IMG/VR virus record: IMGVR_UViG_3300036985_002412 | Span: 1 to 59,039 of that record | Direction: 5' to 3' (one strand) | DNA from: a virus | Lineage: Duplodnaviria; Caudoviricetes | DNA: 59,039 nt | Translations under genes and position numbers: made by a program | The notes under the pieces: model-generated | Database searches by the model: none | Told to the model about the DNA's origin: nothing | The model's input: the letters and a program-made list of their open reading frames with translations, nothing else | Shown here: positions 37,845 through 47,442 of the stretch, piece by piece | How the letters are laid out: each line of letters begins with the position of its first letter | Position numbering within the stretch: the first letter of the stretch is position 1

Positions 37845-39466
37845 TGGCAGAAATAATTATAGAAGAAGTAATATTTAATCCCCAAATTAACATTGAGGAA
37901 ACAATTTTAGAAACTTCAATACTTATTGAAGAAATGCAAATGCCTGGTGTTAATGGAAAGACTGCGTATCAGTCTGCATTAGATGGTGGGTTTATAGGTA
38001 CAGAATTAGAGTTTAATTTATTTTTATCTGAAGTTGGAAATAAAGTAGATAAAATTACGGGTAAAGGATTAAGCGCTAACGATTATACAACTACTGAAAA
38101 GAATAAACTTGCAGGAATTGCTGATAACGCTGAAGTTAATGTTAATGCAGATTGGAACGCTACAACTGGCGATGCACAAATTTTAAATAAACCAAGTATT
38201 CCAAATATTGCAGGATTAGCAACAGTTTCTTATGTTGATACTCAAGACGCTTTAAAGGTTGATAAAGTTGCAGGAAAGGGTTTAAGTACAAATGATTATA
38301 CAACTCTAGAACAAACTAAATTAGCAGGAATTGCTGATGGCGCTGAAGTTAATGTTAATGCAGATTGGAACGCTACAACTGGCGATGCACAAATTTTAAA
38401 TAAACCAAGTATTCCAAATATTGCAGGATTAGCAACAGTTTCTTACGTTGATACTCAAGACGCTTTAAAGGTTGATAAAGTTGCAGGAAAGGGTTTAAGT
38501 ACAAATGATTATACAACTCTAGAACAAACTAAATTAGCAGGAATTGCTGATAACGCTGAAGTTAATGTTAATGCAGATTGGAACGCTACAACTGGTGATG
38601 CACAAATTTTAAACAAACCTACAATAGCAACACAAACAAGTCAACTAACTAATAATGGTGCTGATGGTACAAATCCATTTATAACTGCTTTAGATATACC
38701 TACAAGCGGACAAGCAGGTTCGTTAGTTCGTGAGGTTAAAAATATGACTGGAGCAACTTTAACAAAAGGTACTGTCGTTTATATTAGTGGTGCAAATGGA
38801 AACAAAGCATTAGTTTCAAAAGCACTTGCTATTAATGATGAATTAAGTTCAAGAACGTTTGGACTATTACAATCTAACATTTTAAATAATGAGTTAGGAA
38901 ATTGTGTTATAATTGGTGATTTAAGTGGGTTAAATACTTCTTCTTTTGCAGAAGGAGTACAATTATATTTAAGTGGAGTAACTGCTGGAACATATACATC
39001 AACAAAACCATCAGCACCAATACATTTAGTATATATAGGTAAAGTAACACGTTCACATCCAACATTAGGACAAATTGAAGTAGGCATTCAAAATGGTTAT
39101 GAATTATCAGAAATTCACGATGTAGCTATTAATGGTGTTTCTAATAATGAATTGTTACTTTACGAAAGTTCAACTTCTCTTTGGAAAAATAAAAGAGTTA
39201 CGACTTTTGTAAACGGGCAAAGTGGCACAGTAAATGCAACAAACACGTTTGGAATAATTGTGTATGAATTTACAGGAGCAGGAAATTTAATACTGCCAAC
39301 AGCTATTGGAAACAATGCATTATTTAAAGTTAAAAATAGACACACAGAAAACATAACAGTTACTTTTACAGCGGGTCAAAATGCTGATGGTACAACAACA
39401 ATTATTCTAACACCATTTCAAGCGTTAGAATTTATTTCAAATAATATAAATTTTAATATTTTTTAA
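37844..39466 (+). CDS. tail fibre protein with 71-aa tandem repeats
   Basis: KVDK..GKGLS.NDYT...KLAGIA..AEVNVNADWN...ILNKP three times. Confidence 0.8.
   Translation: MAEIIIEEVIFNPQINIEETILETSILIEEMQMPGVNGKTAYQSALDGGFIGTELEFNLFLSEVGNKVDKITGKGLSANDYTTTEKNKLAGIADNAEVNVNADWNATTGDAQILNKPSIPNIAGLATVSYVDTQDALKVDKVAGKGLSTNDYTTLEQTKLAGIADGAEVNVNADWNATTGDAQILNKPSIPNIAGLATVSYVDTQDALKVDKVAGKGLSTNDYTTLEQTKLAGIADNAEVNVNADWNATTGDAQILNKPTIATQTSQLTNNGADGTNPFITALDIPTSGQAGSLVREVKNMTGATLTKGTVVYISGANGNKALVSKALAINDELSSRTFGLLQSNILNNELGNCVIIGDLSGLNTSSFAEGVQLYLSGVTAGTYTSTKPSAPIHLVYIGKVTRSHPTLGQIEVGIQNGYELSEIHDVAINGVSNNELLLYESSTSLWKNKRVTTFVNGQSGTVNATNTFGIIVYEFTGAGNLILPTAIGNNALFKVKNRHTENITVTFTAGQNADGTTTIILTPFQALEFISNNINFNIF
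38041..38620 (+). repeat. 213-bp tandem repeat, ~2.7 copies
   Basis: GCAGATTGGAAC occurs at 38147, 38360 and 38573. Confidence 0.9.
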
Positions 39467-39468
39467 TT

Positions 39469-41151
39469 ATGGCATACAATCCAAATAATCCAAACGGGTT
39501 AGCTGCAATGAAAGATTCCACTCCAGTTGTACAAGCTTCTCAAAATGTTGAAACAGCAGGATTCGGTTCATCAGGTGCATCTGTACTTGACGATATGTTT
39601 CTTCAAACTCCAATAGTTGGAACAGGAATAACATACAATCAAACAAACAGTTCATTAAACATTCTTACAGGCACAACTCCAAGCGCTGAATTTTTAGCAC
39701 GTTCAACAATGTCTTTTAAAGGAACGATGAGGTTACGCTTTGGTATTTCAGCATCTCAAAGAATTATAAATAATAACTTACAAGTTTCGTTGGCTGATTT
39801 AATTGGTGAGAATTTAGCTTTTAATATTGTCAGTTCAACGTTAGTTGACGTTACTTTAACAGCACATAGTTTTACTTCAGTTAATATAGGTCAATTTATG
39901 AACCTCGCAGGATTGGGTGGTGTAGGTATTCCTAATAGATATGCAATTCAATCTATCCCTGATGATAATACTATTAGATTTACTGTAGTAGGATGGCCAG
40001 CAAGTGGAACAGGAACTTGTACATTATTTGGGTATAATCAAATCAAAAATTTACTAACTGGAATATTAGCAACGCAAATGACTTTTGATTCACAAAGAAA
40101 TGGTTGGCCATTTGGTGATTCAATTGCAACTATAAATAATACATCTGGTGTTGGTCTTGTAATATTAAATGAAATAACAGGTCGTGATGTATTCCTTATG
40201 GACTCATTAAGAGCGTCTAGTGCTACTCCAAATTTTGCTACTAGAGCAAGTAGATACGAAAATATCCCAGAGCAAACAACGCCACTATATGTGTTTATTT
40301 GGAGTTTTAATGGAACAGTTGCACCAGTTTCAACAACTACATTCTCTTTATCTTCACTATCAGTAGAGGACTTTGCGAATGTACCTGTTTACATTCAAGG
40401 GTTTAGGTCAAATGGACAACAAAATGCTCTGCCTGTTATATTACTGCCTGGTGGTGCTGCAATTGGTAATGTTGGTGCTACTTTAGCCACTCCAACCCCT
40501 GTAGCAGATATAGCTTCTGCCGCTTTAATTACTTCAACAACAACCGCAGCATTAACAGTAGCTGGTATTTCTTATAGCGTCAATATTCCAGTAACCGCTG
40601 TAACTGGAACAAATCAAACACTTGATGTTACTATTCAAGAATCAGATGATACTGCTACTAACTGGTTTAATGTTTATTCTTTTCCAAGGATTACTGCTAC
40701 TGGTATATATCGTTCTCCAATTATACCTCTAAAGGGAAATAGAATTAGATACGTTCAAACCGTTGGTGGTACTTCTCCTTCGTTTACAAGGTCAACTAAT
40801 AGATTAGTAATGAATATATCGCCTATTAATGCAGTTTCACAATTAATAGATAGAACTGTTGTTCTTACAACTTTAAATAGTGTAACACCATCTTTAAATG
40901 TTCAAGGGGCAACAAATTTACAATTGGTTATGAACATCGGAGCTACAACTATTGCTCCAATATTGCAATTAGAAGGAAGTGAAGATAATGGTTTAACGTG
41001 GTATGCTATTGGTACTCCACTAACAGCGGTTGCAAGTTCAACAGTTCAATTCACTTTAGCAACTTTTATGAATGCTCAACTTGTAAGAGCAAGAGTAGCT
41101 ACTGCTGGAACTGCTACTACTATGGGTTATATATTAATAAAAGGATTTTAA
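39469..41151 (+). CDS. virion structural / receptor-binding protein
   Basis: Thr/Ser/Gly-rich beta protein with repeated IQESDD..TNW / LEGSEDNG.TW domains. Confidence 0.6.
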   Translation: MAYNPNNPNGLAAMKDSTPVVQASQNVETAGFGSSGASVLDDMFLQTPIVGTGITYNQTNSSLNILTGTTPSAEFLARSTMSFKGTMRLRFGISASQRIINNNLQVSLADLIGENLAFNIVSSTLVDVTLTAHSFTSVNIGQFMNLAGLGGVGIPNRYAIQSIPDDNTIRFTVVGWPASGTGTCTLFGYNQIKNLLTGILATQMTFDSQRNGWPFGDSIATINNTSGVGLVILNEITGRDVFLMDSLRASSATPNFATRASRYENIPEQTTPLYVFIWSFNGTVAPVSTTTFSLSSLSVEDFANVPVYIQGFRSNGQQNALPVILLPGGAAIGNVGATLATPTPVADIASAALITSTTTAALTVAGISYSVNIPVTAVTGTNQTLDVTIQESDDTATNWFNVYSFPRITATGIYRSPIIPLKGNRIRYVQTVGGTSPSFTRSTNRLVMNISPINAVSQLIDRTVVLTTLNSVTPSLNVQGATNLQLVMNIGATTIAPILQLEGSEDNGLTWYAIGTPLTAVASSTVQFTLATFMNAQLVRARVATAGTATTMGYILIKGF

Positions 41152-41153
41152 TT

Positions 41154-41327
41154 ATGTATAAAATACTTGTAAGCGTAGAAGATTATTGGGAGGAGGTGGA
41201 AACTTCTAGTCTATCACTAGAAGAAACAATTTTACGAGTTTTAGAACTTGAAAAAATAAACGCAGGCGCAATTTATCGCCTTGAAGAAATAACAAATTTA
41301 GGAAATAAAGTAATAGAATTTAATTAA
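41154..41327 (+). CDS. hypothetical protein
   Basis: Likely start ATG 41154. Confidence 0.55.
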   Translation: MYKILVSVEDYWEEVETSSLSLEETILRVLELEKINAGAIYRLEEITNLGNKVIEFN

Positions 41328-41332
41328 AAAAA

Positions 41333-41590
41333 ATGGAATATTTAGTTTTTATAGAAAGAGGTGTTTGGTTTGCAATATGTGTTGCTATTTTTATTTGGGC
41401 CAAAAAAGGTGCAAAAAGAATTGATAAGCCAAGAGAATTAGAAGATGGTAAATTCGCTATCCCTAAACCTGAAGATGAGTTTATGGAAGGTGTAGAATAT
41501 GACGAAGTAATAACTGATCCAAAATTTAAAAATGAAGCAACAGCAAGACCGCCAGACCCAAAAGGAAGGCCTACAATTAGGCCTGTCTAG
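41333..41590 (+). CDS. small membrane-anchored protein
   Basis: N-terminal TM. Confidence 0.6.
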   Translation: MEYLVFIERGVWFAICVAIFIWAKKGAKRIDKPRELEDGKFAIPKPEDEFMEGVEYDEVITDPKFKNEATARPPDPKGRPTIRPV

Positions 41591-41897
41591 GTTGTTATTA
41601 ATAGTTTGTTGTTTATTATTTTTTAGTTCATCCTATATAGCTAATTATAATTCAACAATAGATGAAGCTTGGCAAAGATGGAATTTTTTAATGTATTTTA
41701 ATTTTACATTAATGTTTTTTTCATTAAGAAAAGAAGCGAAAAATTTAATAACAAACACAGGTTATAGAATAGTATTGTATCTATTGATTAATTATTTTAT
41801 TGATAGATATTTTGGATTAAAAGATTGGAGTTGGAATGATTTTACAACAGTAGCAATAATAGTTTTAGAATTTGCATATAATAAATTAAAAAAATGA
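41532..41897 (+). CDS. multi-pass membrane protein
   Basis: Several TM segments; start uncertain. Confidence 0.55.
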   Translation: MKQQQDRQTQKEGLQLGLSRLLLIVCCLLFFSSSYIANYNSTIDEAWQRWNFLMYFNFTLMFFSLRKEAKNLITNTGYRIVLYLLINYFIDRYFGLKDWSWNDFTTVAIIVLEFAYNKLKK

Positions 41898-42376
41898 AAG
41901 ATAAGCAGTCAGTATTAGAAGGAACAACATTAACATTAGGGGCTTTATTATTAAAAATAAAAGCTGAAATAAGTATTTTGTTTTTTACATTTTTATCTTT
42001 TATATCTCCAATAAAAGGTTTGTTTGTTTTAGTTGGTATGGCAGTAGCATTAGATACTTTTGCAGGGATTTATATTGCTCGAAAAAACAAAACCTTTTGC
42101 TCCAATAGTCTTTTTAATATTGTTGTGAAAACTTTTTTTTACATGGGTACAATTTTAATGGCTTATTTTGCAGATTTATATGTTTTTGAAGAAAAACTAT
42201 TAGATATTCCATATTTAATGGCTAAAATAACAGCAGTTTTTTGGATGTATATTGAAGTTAAAAGTCTTGATGAAAAAAGTGTAAAACTAGGAAATAAACC
42301 TTTTACAGTTATTATTTCCAATTTAATAAAATGGGTAAAAAGTATCAAAAAAGACATTAACGAAATCAAAGAATAA
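41894..42376 (+). CDS. holin (toxin-secretion/phage holin 4 type)
   Basis: LDTFAGI, VKTFFY and IEVKSLDE motifs; precedes the endolysin. Confidence 0.75.
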   Translation: MKDKQSVLEGTTLTLGALLLKIKAEISILFFTFLSFISPIKGLFVLVGMAVALDTFAGIYIARKNKTFCSNSLFNIVVKTFFYMGTILMAYFADLYVFEEKLLDIPYLMAKITAVFWMYIEVKSLDEKSVKLGNKPFTVIISNLIKWVKSIKKDINEIKE

Positions 42377-42378
42377 TT

Positions 42379-42879
42379 ATGGACAAAATCACAATTGACA
42401 GAATTAAAGAAGCGCATCCTCGTTTGCGAGAAAAAATGCTTAAAGATTATACTGCCGCTAACAATTTGTTAGGCAAAGGAGTTCGTCTGCGATTTGCTTA
42501 TGTTTTTAGAAGCAATGTTTTGCAAGACAAATTGTATAATCAAAGACCTAAAGTTACTAACGCCAAAGGCGGTCAATCCATCCATAACTACGGTTTGGCT
42601 TTTGACATTGTTTTGCTGTATGATAATGATGGAAATGGCACTTTTGAAGAGGCAAGTTACTCTATGATCAAAGACTACGACAAAGACAGTATTGCCGATT
42701 GGAAAGAAGTTACAGACTATTTTAAGTCGCAAGGTTGGGAATGTGGTGCCGATTGGAAAAACTTCAAAGACGCTCCTCATTTTGAATACAATTATGGTTT
42801 TGACTGGCGCACCCTAAAATCAAGAATTGACAAAGGATTGATTATAACTGATAACGGAATTACATACCCAAAAATTTAA
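42379..42879 (+). CDS. endolysin, M15 family peptidase
   Basis: R..Q..LY, VTNAKGGQSIHNYGLAFD and DAPHFE motifs. Confidence 0.9.
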   Translation: MDKITIDRIKEAHPRLREKMLKDYTAANNLLGKGVRLRFAYVFRSNVLQDKLYNQRPKVTNAKGGQSIHNYGLAFDIVLLYDNDGNGTFEEASYSMIKDYDKDSIADWKEVTDYFKSQGWECGADWKNFKDAPHFEYNYGFDWRTLKSRIDKGLIITDNGITYPKI

Positions 42880-42882
42880 GTT

Positions 42883-43446
42883 ATGGTAAATTATATTCAA
42901 ACAATAAGAAACCTTGCAATAGTTATATTAATCGGAATAGGTATTTGGTTTTACAAAGATTGGCAATTTCAAAAGTCAGAAAATATTCGCCAGACTGAAA
43001 ATATGCGACAAGTTAGAATAGCTGATAGTTTACGATTTTCAAGTCAAATAGTCAATTCTAACGAACTAAAAGATTATTTGCAATATCAGAACTCGGATTT
43101 ACTTAATAATCTCTCAAAAGAGGGTATAAAAACAAATAGGGTAAAAGAAATTGTAAGCACTAATTATGTATATCGAGATACTACTTATACAGAACACAAA
43201 GAAAAAAAATTTACTGATAGCACTAAATGTTTAACAATAAAAGGAACTATAAATCCCAATGGAACTGTTTCAATTACTGATAGAAAATTTACTAATAAAA
43301 CAGATGCTGTTGCTTTCTGGGAAAGAAAACAATGGAGTTTTTTAGGAATTAAATCAAGGTTTTTAGGCAAAAAACAAATGAGTGCAAAAGTGTATAATGA
43401 ATGTGGTGAAAGTCAAATAATTAAGATAGAAAAAAAAGAAAATTAA
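42883..43446 (+). CDS. putative spanin (Rz-like)
   Basis: N-terminal TM anchor directly after the endolysin. Confidence 0.5.
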   Translation: MVNYIQTIRNLAIVILIGIGIWFYKDWQFQKSENIRQTENMRQVRIADSLRFSSQIVNSNELKDYLQYQNSDLLNNLSKEGIKTNRVKEIVSTNYVYRDTTYTEHKEKKFTDSTKCLTIKGTINPNGTVSITDRKFTNKTDAVAFWERKQWSFLGIKSRFLGKKQMSAKVYNECGESQIIKIEKKEN

Positions 43447-43463
43447 AAATATTTTAAAAAAAA

Positions 43464-43570
43464 TTTGCATTATATAAAAAAAGTTTTGTAAGTTTGTACC
43501 CAGCAAGTAGGACAGCTATAAGAAATCAATTTATCCAATCGTTTGAGAAGTCCTACTCTCTTTCGGTTGG
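43464..43570 (+). promoter_or_regulatory. TTTG / TAAGTTTG promoter with pseudoknot-like leader, upstream of cassette array 2
   Basis: -33 TTTG at 43464, -7 box at 43489; AGTAGGAC is complementary to GTCCTACT in the loop of the CCAATCG/CGGTTGG hairpin. Confidence 0.65.
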
Positions 43571-43604
43571 TTTTTTATTTAAAATTAAAATTACAAATGT
43601 ACAC

Positions 43605-43731
43605 TAACGTTTTGCAGCTAATCGACAGGTTGGGATTAAATAGTACAAACTTTAAATAACAGATAAAATGAGTAAAGAAAACGAAAACTTAAATGAAACA
43701 GAAAACTCGGCATTGAATATAGGTGCTGTTA
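43605..43731. repeat. attC-like hairpin B1 (degenerate)
   Basis: TAACgttttGCAGCTA ... TAGGTGCtGTTA; upper stem pairs poorly. Confidence 0.65.
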
Positions 43732-43955
43732 GCGGTTCGTTGCTTTCATTCGAGGAAATTATGAATGAGGCAAAAAGAGTAAAGGAAAATGTCAAAGCAT
43801 TCCCATTTCACGATGTATCATTTCAGTATGGTGCAGAATGGTCAAGAGATATTTTGATTGAAGAAATTAAACGTAGGCAAGAATTGATAATTTCAGAACC
43901 TGATGGAATTGTTCGAGAAACGATGATTGCTAATTTGTTGGTTGGTCTGCAATGA
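43668..43955 (+). CDS. hypothetical cassette protein
   Basis: Starts in the hairpin loop; segment ends GTTAGCGGTTCGTTGC / GCAATGACCGCTAAC. Confidence 0.7.
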   Translation: MSKENENLNETENSALNIGAVSGSLLSFEEIMNEAKRVKENVKAFPFHDVSFQYGAEWSRDILIEEIKRRQELIISEPDGIVRETMIANLLVGLQ

Positions 43956-43959
43956 CCGC

Positions 43960-44083
43960 TAACGTTTCGCGGCTTTGTGCAGGCGGGAAAATAAAACCTA
44001 ATAATTGAATTAAACACTAATAATAAAAATATACCAAATGACTGAATTAAAGACTAATGCCCGCTTGCTCAAAACCGCTGTTA
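43960..44083. repeat. attC-like hairpin B2
   Basis: TAACgtttcGCGGCTTTGTGCAGGCGGG ... CCCGCTTGCTCAAAACCGCtGTTA. Confidence 0.9.
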
Positions 44084-44841
44084 TGTGTAGGGCGGTTGAT
44101 AATTTAGAGTTGCTTAAAACGCAAGCTGATGAAAGTGTTGATTTAATTTACTGCGACATTCTTTATGGAACAGGTAGAAATTTCGGTGATTACCAAGATT
44201 TAAAACCGAATAGAAGCGAAATAGAAGCACATTATGAACCACGATTAAGAGAAATGCACCGAGTATTAAAAAGCACAGGGAGTATTTATTTACAAATGGA
44301 TTATAGAATAGTGCATTGGATTAGAATTTTGATGGATGATATATTTAATTATAAAAATTACATTCAATCTATTTATTGGAAATATAATGCAGGAGGGAAA
44401 CATAAAGATAAATTTAAAACTGTTACTGATGAAATTTTATTTTATTCAAAAACAGAAAACAAGTGTTTTTATCCTGAAAGGGTTATGATACCTCATCATC
44501 CTGATACATATAGACGAATAAAAGGATATGCGAATGCTGGAATAACCATAAATATAAATGGAAAACAGCGTGAAAATTTATGGGATTTTAATGCTGTAAA
44601 AAAAGGCAATTATACTAAAATCAATGCCGAATATGTTGATTATTCAACTCAAAAGCCAAAAGCATTGATTGAAACAATAATTAAGGCAAGTTCAAACGAA
44701 GGAGATACCGTTGCCGATTATTATTTAGGTTCAGGAACAACCGCAGTAGTATGTAAAGAATTGAACCGAAATTTTATTGGTTGCGACATTAATCCAAAGG
44801 CTATTGAAATTACAAATGCTCGTTTAGATGCAGTTTCGTAG
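44038..44841 (+). CDS. N6/N4 DNA methyltransferase (cassette cargo)
   Basis: VDLIYCDILY (variant DPPY), YSTQKP and DYYLGSGTT motifs. Confidence 0.85.
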   Translation: MTELKTNARLLKTAVMCRAVDNLELLKTQADESVDLIYCDILYGTGRNFGDYQDLKPNRSEIEAHYEPRLREMHRVLKSTGSIYLQMDYRIVHWIRILMDDIFNYKNYIQSIYWKYNAGGKHKDKFKTVTDEILFYSKTENKCFYPERVMIPHHPDTYRRIKGYANAGITININGKQRENLWDFNAVKKGNYTKINAEYVDYSTQKPKALIETIIKASSNEGDTVADYYLGSGTTAVVCKELNRNFIGCDINPKAIEITNARLDAVS

Positions 44842-44850
44842 CCTTGCACA

Positions 44851-44977
44851 TAACGGTTGCGGCTTGTATCGTCGTTGCGGACTTCGTAACTACAAAATTT
44901 CATCTTAAAAATAAATATAATGCGAAACGAAAATATGATTGAACCACAAAATCCGCAATGCGTACAAGCCGTTGTTA
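44851..44977. repeat. attC-like hairpin B3
   Basis: TAACggttgCGGCTTGTAtCGtCGTTGCGGA ... TCCGCAATGCGTACAAGCCGttGTTA, with two extrahelical T. Confidence 0.9.
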
Positions 44978-46371
44978 CTGGCTGTTTCTCTCGTGTAGTA
45001 GATACTGGTTCAGATTTTAGCGGAGTTGGGGCATTTGATCAGGCACTTGAAAGATTAGGAATTAAACAAAATAAAAAGTTTGCTTGTGATATGGATAAAT
45101 ATGCAAGACAGACTTATATCTACAATTTTGGAGAACCTGATTATTATCCTGAAAATGTTTATGATCGTAAAATACCAAAAGAAAGTTTAGATATTTATAT
45201 GACTTCGCCTCCTTGCCAAAGTTTCTCACTTGCTGGAAAACGCAAAGGCGAAGATTCTAAAAATGGAGTTTTGTTTTATAATTCACACGAATTTATTGTA
45301 AAAAACAATCCTCGTTATTTCATTTTTGAAAATGTAAAAGGATTACTTTCTGATGATAACGGAAAAACGTTTCAAAGATGGATTGATTATTTAGGAGGTA
45401 AATCAGTAAATGGAAATCCTGTAATATTCCCTCACGAAAACGCAACACCGTATCACGTTTATTATCAGGTTATGAATGCTAAACATTACGGAGTTCCTCA
45501 AAACCGTGAAAGGATTTTCATTATAGGGATTCGTGATGATGTAGATAATACTTTTACTTTTCCAAAACCATTTCATTTAATTAAAAGATTGAAAGATGTT
45601 TTAGAAAGTGAAGTTGATGAAAAATATTTTTTGAGCGATACAATGCTTACTTGGATTGATAAACATAGAGAAAAAAGAAGTAGTTCAGGAAAATATCCAT
45701 TTACAGAAGAAGATGAGTATAGCGGTTGCATTACAGCACGATATAATAAAATGGGTGCAGAAGATATATTTATTGGAGCAATACGAGGTCGAAATCCACA
45801 AAATCCATTAAGTAGAGTTTCAGGATTGCCAACTGAACAAATGCTTGAGATAAACGAAAACGGAACTTCAAACGCATTAACAACGGTTCAAAAAGATAAT
45901 GTGGTTATAATTCCTGCTAATAACTCAAAAGGCTATGATATTGCAGAAGAAGAAGAAGATTCTATAAATTTTTCAAATCCAAATTCAGAAACTAGACGTG
46001 GTAGAGTTGGCAAAGGAGTAGCACAAACATTAGATACGAGTTGTAATCAGGGAGTTTTAGTAAAAAATGACGCTTATATTTTAGGATATACAAGGGATAA
46101 AAAAGGAAAAGTTACAAAAAGAAATCCTTTAAATCATTCAAATACAATTCATACTTCAACTGGAAGCGGAGGAAATACAGACCAATTCGCTATTTGTAAC
46201 CAAAGAATCCGTCGATTAACCCCAAAAGAATGCTTTGCTTTAATGGACTTCAACGAAGATTTCAAATGGGATGTTTCCGACAGTCAAGCCTATAAACAAG
46301 CAGGAAATAGTATTGTTGTAGCTTGTTTAGTTGAGATTATAAAACGTCTTGATTTACGTAAACCGAAATAG
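44920..46371 (+). CDS. C5 cytosine DNA methyltransferase (cassette cargo)
   Basis: FSGVG, SPPCQSFS, FENVKG, QNRER, RRLTP and QAGNS motifs. Confidence 0.95.
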   Translation: MRNENMIEPQNPQCVQAVVTGCFSRVVDTGSDFSGVGAFDQALERLGIKQNKKFACDMDKYARQTYIYNFGEPDYYPENVYDRKIPKESLDIYMTSPPCQSFSLAGKRKGEDSKNGVLFYNSHEFIVKNNPRYFIFENVKGLLSDDNGKTFQRWIDYLGGKSVNGNPVIFPHENATPYHVYYQVMNAKHYGVPQNRERIFIIGIRDDVDNTFTFPKPFHLIKRLKDVLESEVDEKYFLSDTMLTWIDKHREKRSSSGKYPFTEEDEYSGCITARYNKMGAEDIFIGAIRGRNPQNPLSRVSGLPTEQMLEINENGTSNALTTVQKDNVVIIPANNSKGYDIAEEEEDSINFSNPNSETRRGRVGKGVAQTLDTSCNQGVLVKNDAYILGYTRDKKGKVTKRNPLNHSNTIHTSTGSGGNTDQFAICNQRIRRLTPKECFALMDFNEDFKWDVSDSQAYKQAGNSIVVACLVEIIKRLDLRKPK

Positions 46372-46375
46372 CCAG

Positions 46376-46500
46376 TAACGTTCCCTCGCTTTGTGATGTT
46401 GCAAAGTTCGGAACTGCATATTTTCCGCTACAAATAAACGTGATGCGAACCGTAAACGTCAATTTACTACATAATTTGCAATAGCACAAAACGAGTGTTG
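46376..46500. repeat. attC-like hairpin B4
   Basis: TAACgttccCTCGCTTTGTGATGTTGCAAA ... TTTGCAATAGCACAAAACGAGtGTTG. Confidence 0.9.
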
Positions 46501-46599
46501 GCAGTAGTTTTTTTGATGTTAGGAAAATTTTACTAACTATTTAATGTCTAAAGGTGTCGAATTCGACAAGTTTAGGAAAACTTTACTAAAAATAATATT

Positions 46600-46878
46600 A
46601 TGGCTAAAAATTGGACAACCGAAGAAGAAGAAATTATTAAACAAGAGGTTTTAAAAAACCCTAATAATTTAAGAGAAGCATTTTTTATTGCTTCATTGAA
46701 AACTGGAAGAACTGCTACATCTGTTTGCACCCGATATTACGGAGCGATGAATGAAGAAAAAGAAACCAAAGACGAGCAAATAAAGAAATTATCAATAGAA
46801 ATTATAAAACTTTATGACTTGAATTTAGAGCTAAAACAACAACTTGAAGATGCAACAAAAGCTAAATTTATTAATTGA
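46600..46878 (+). CDS. Myb/SANT-like DNA-binding protein (cassette cargo)
   Basis: WTTEEEEII...GRT..SV..RY. Confidence 0.6.
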   Translation: MAKNWTTEEEEIIKQEVLKNPNNLREAFFIASLKTGRTATSVCTRYYGAMNEEKETKDEQIKKLSIEIIKLYDLNLELKQQLEDATKAKFIN

Positions 46879-47308
46879 TAAGAAATTTAATTATAAGGAT
46901 AAGATTATCAGTATAACTAAATGGAAAAAAGTAGGAGTTACTTATGTTGTTTTTACAGATAGGCAAACTTATAATTTCTTTGAAAATGAAATAGATTTAT
47001 TTATTGAGGAACTTCTTCCGGTAAGAGTAAAACTAAAAGAAGGGGTTTTAGAAAAAAGACAATTAGAGTTAAAAAATGTATCAATACAAGTAAAAAAAGA
47101 CGAACTCAACACTAATAAAATGGAAGAAAACGAAAAAAATATTGTACCAATACAAGAAAATGATTTGAGTGTAATTCTTTTAGATACTATTCAAAAAGTG
47201 CAAAAAGACAAAACTTACATTAATCAAGCCAATGCAATTTGCAATGTAGTTTCTCAAATGATTAACATAAAAAAACTCGAATTACAATTGGCACGCAATG
47301 TTCGGTAA
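46844..47308 (+). CDS. hypothetical protein (second gene of cassette B4)
   Basis: 154-aa ORF ending just inside the cassette end. Confidence 0.7.
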   Translation: MKMQQKLNLLIDKKFNYKDKIISITKWKKVGVTYVVFTDRQTYNFFENEIDLFIEELLPVRVKLKEGVLEKRQLELKNVSIQVKKDELNTNKMEENEKNIVPIQENDLSVILLDTIQKVQKDKTYINQANAICNVVSQMINIKKLELQLARNVR

Positions 47309-47317
47309 AATTACTGC

Positions 47318-47442
47318 CAACGGTTCTCGGCTTTGCGATGGTGGGGTTTCAAGGCACAAATGTTCAACCCACAACTAATGTTTAATAGAATTACAAATGA
47401 TGAATTTACAACTTCCTCCCCACTATTGCAAAACCGATGTTA
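47318..47442. repeat. attC-like hairpin B5
   Basis: CAACggttcTCGGCTTTGCGATGGTGGGG ... CCCCACTATTGCAAAACCGAtGTTA. Confidence 0.9.
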
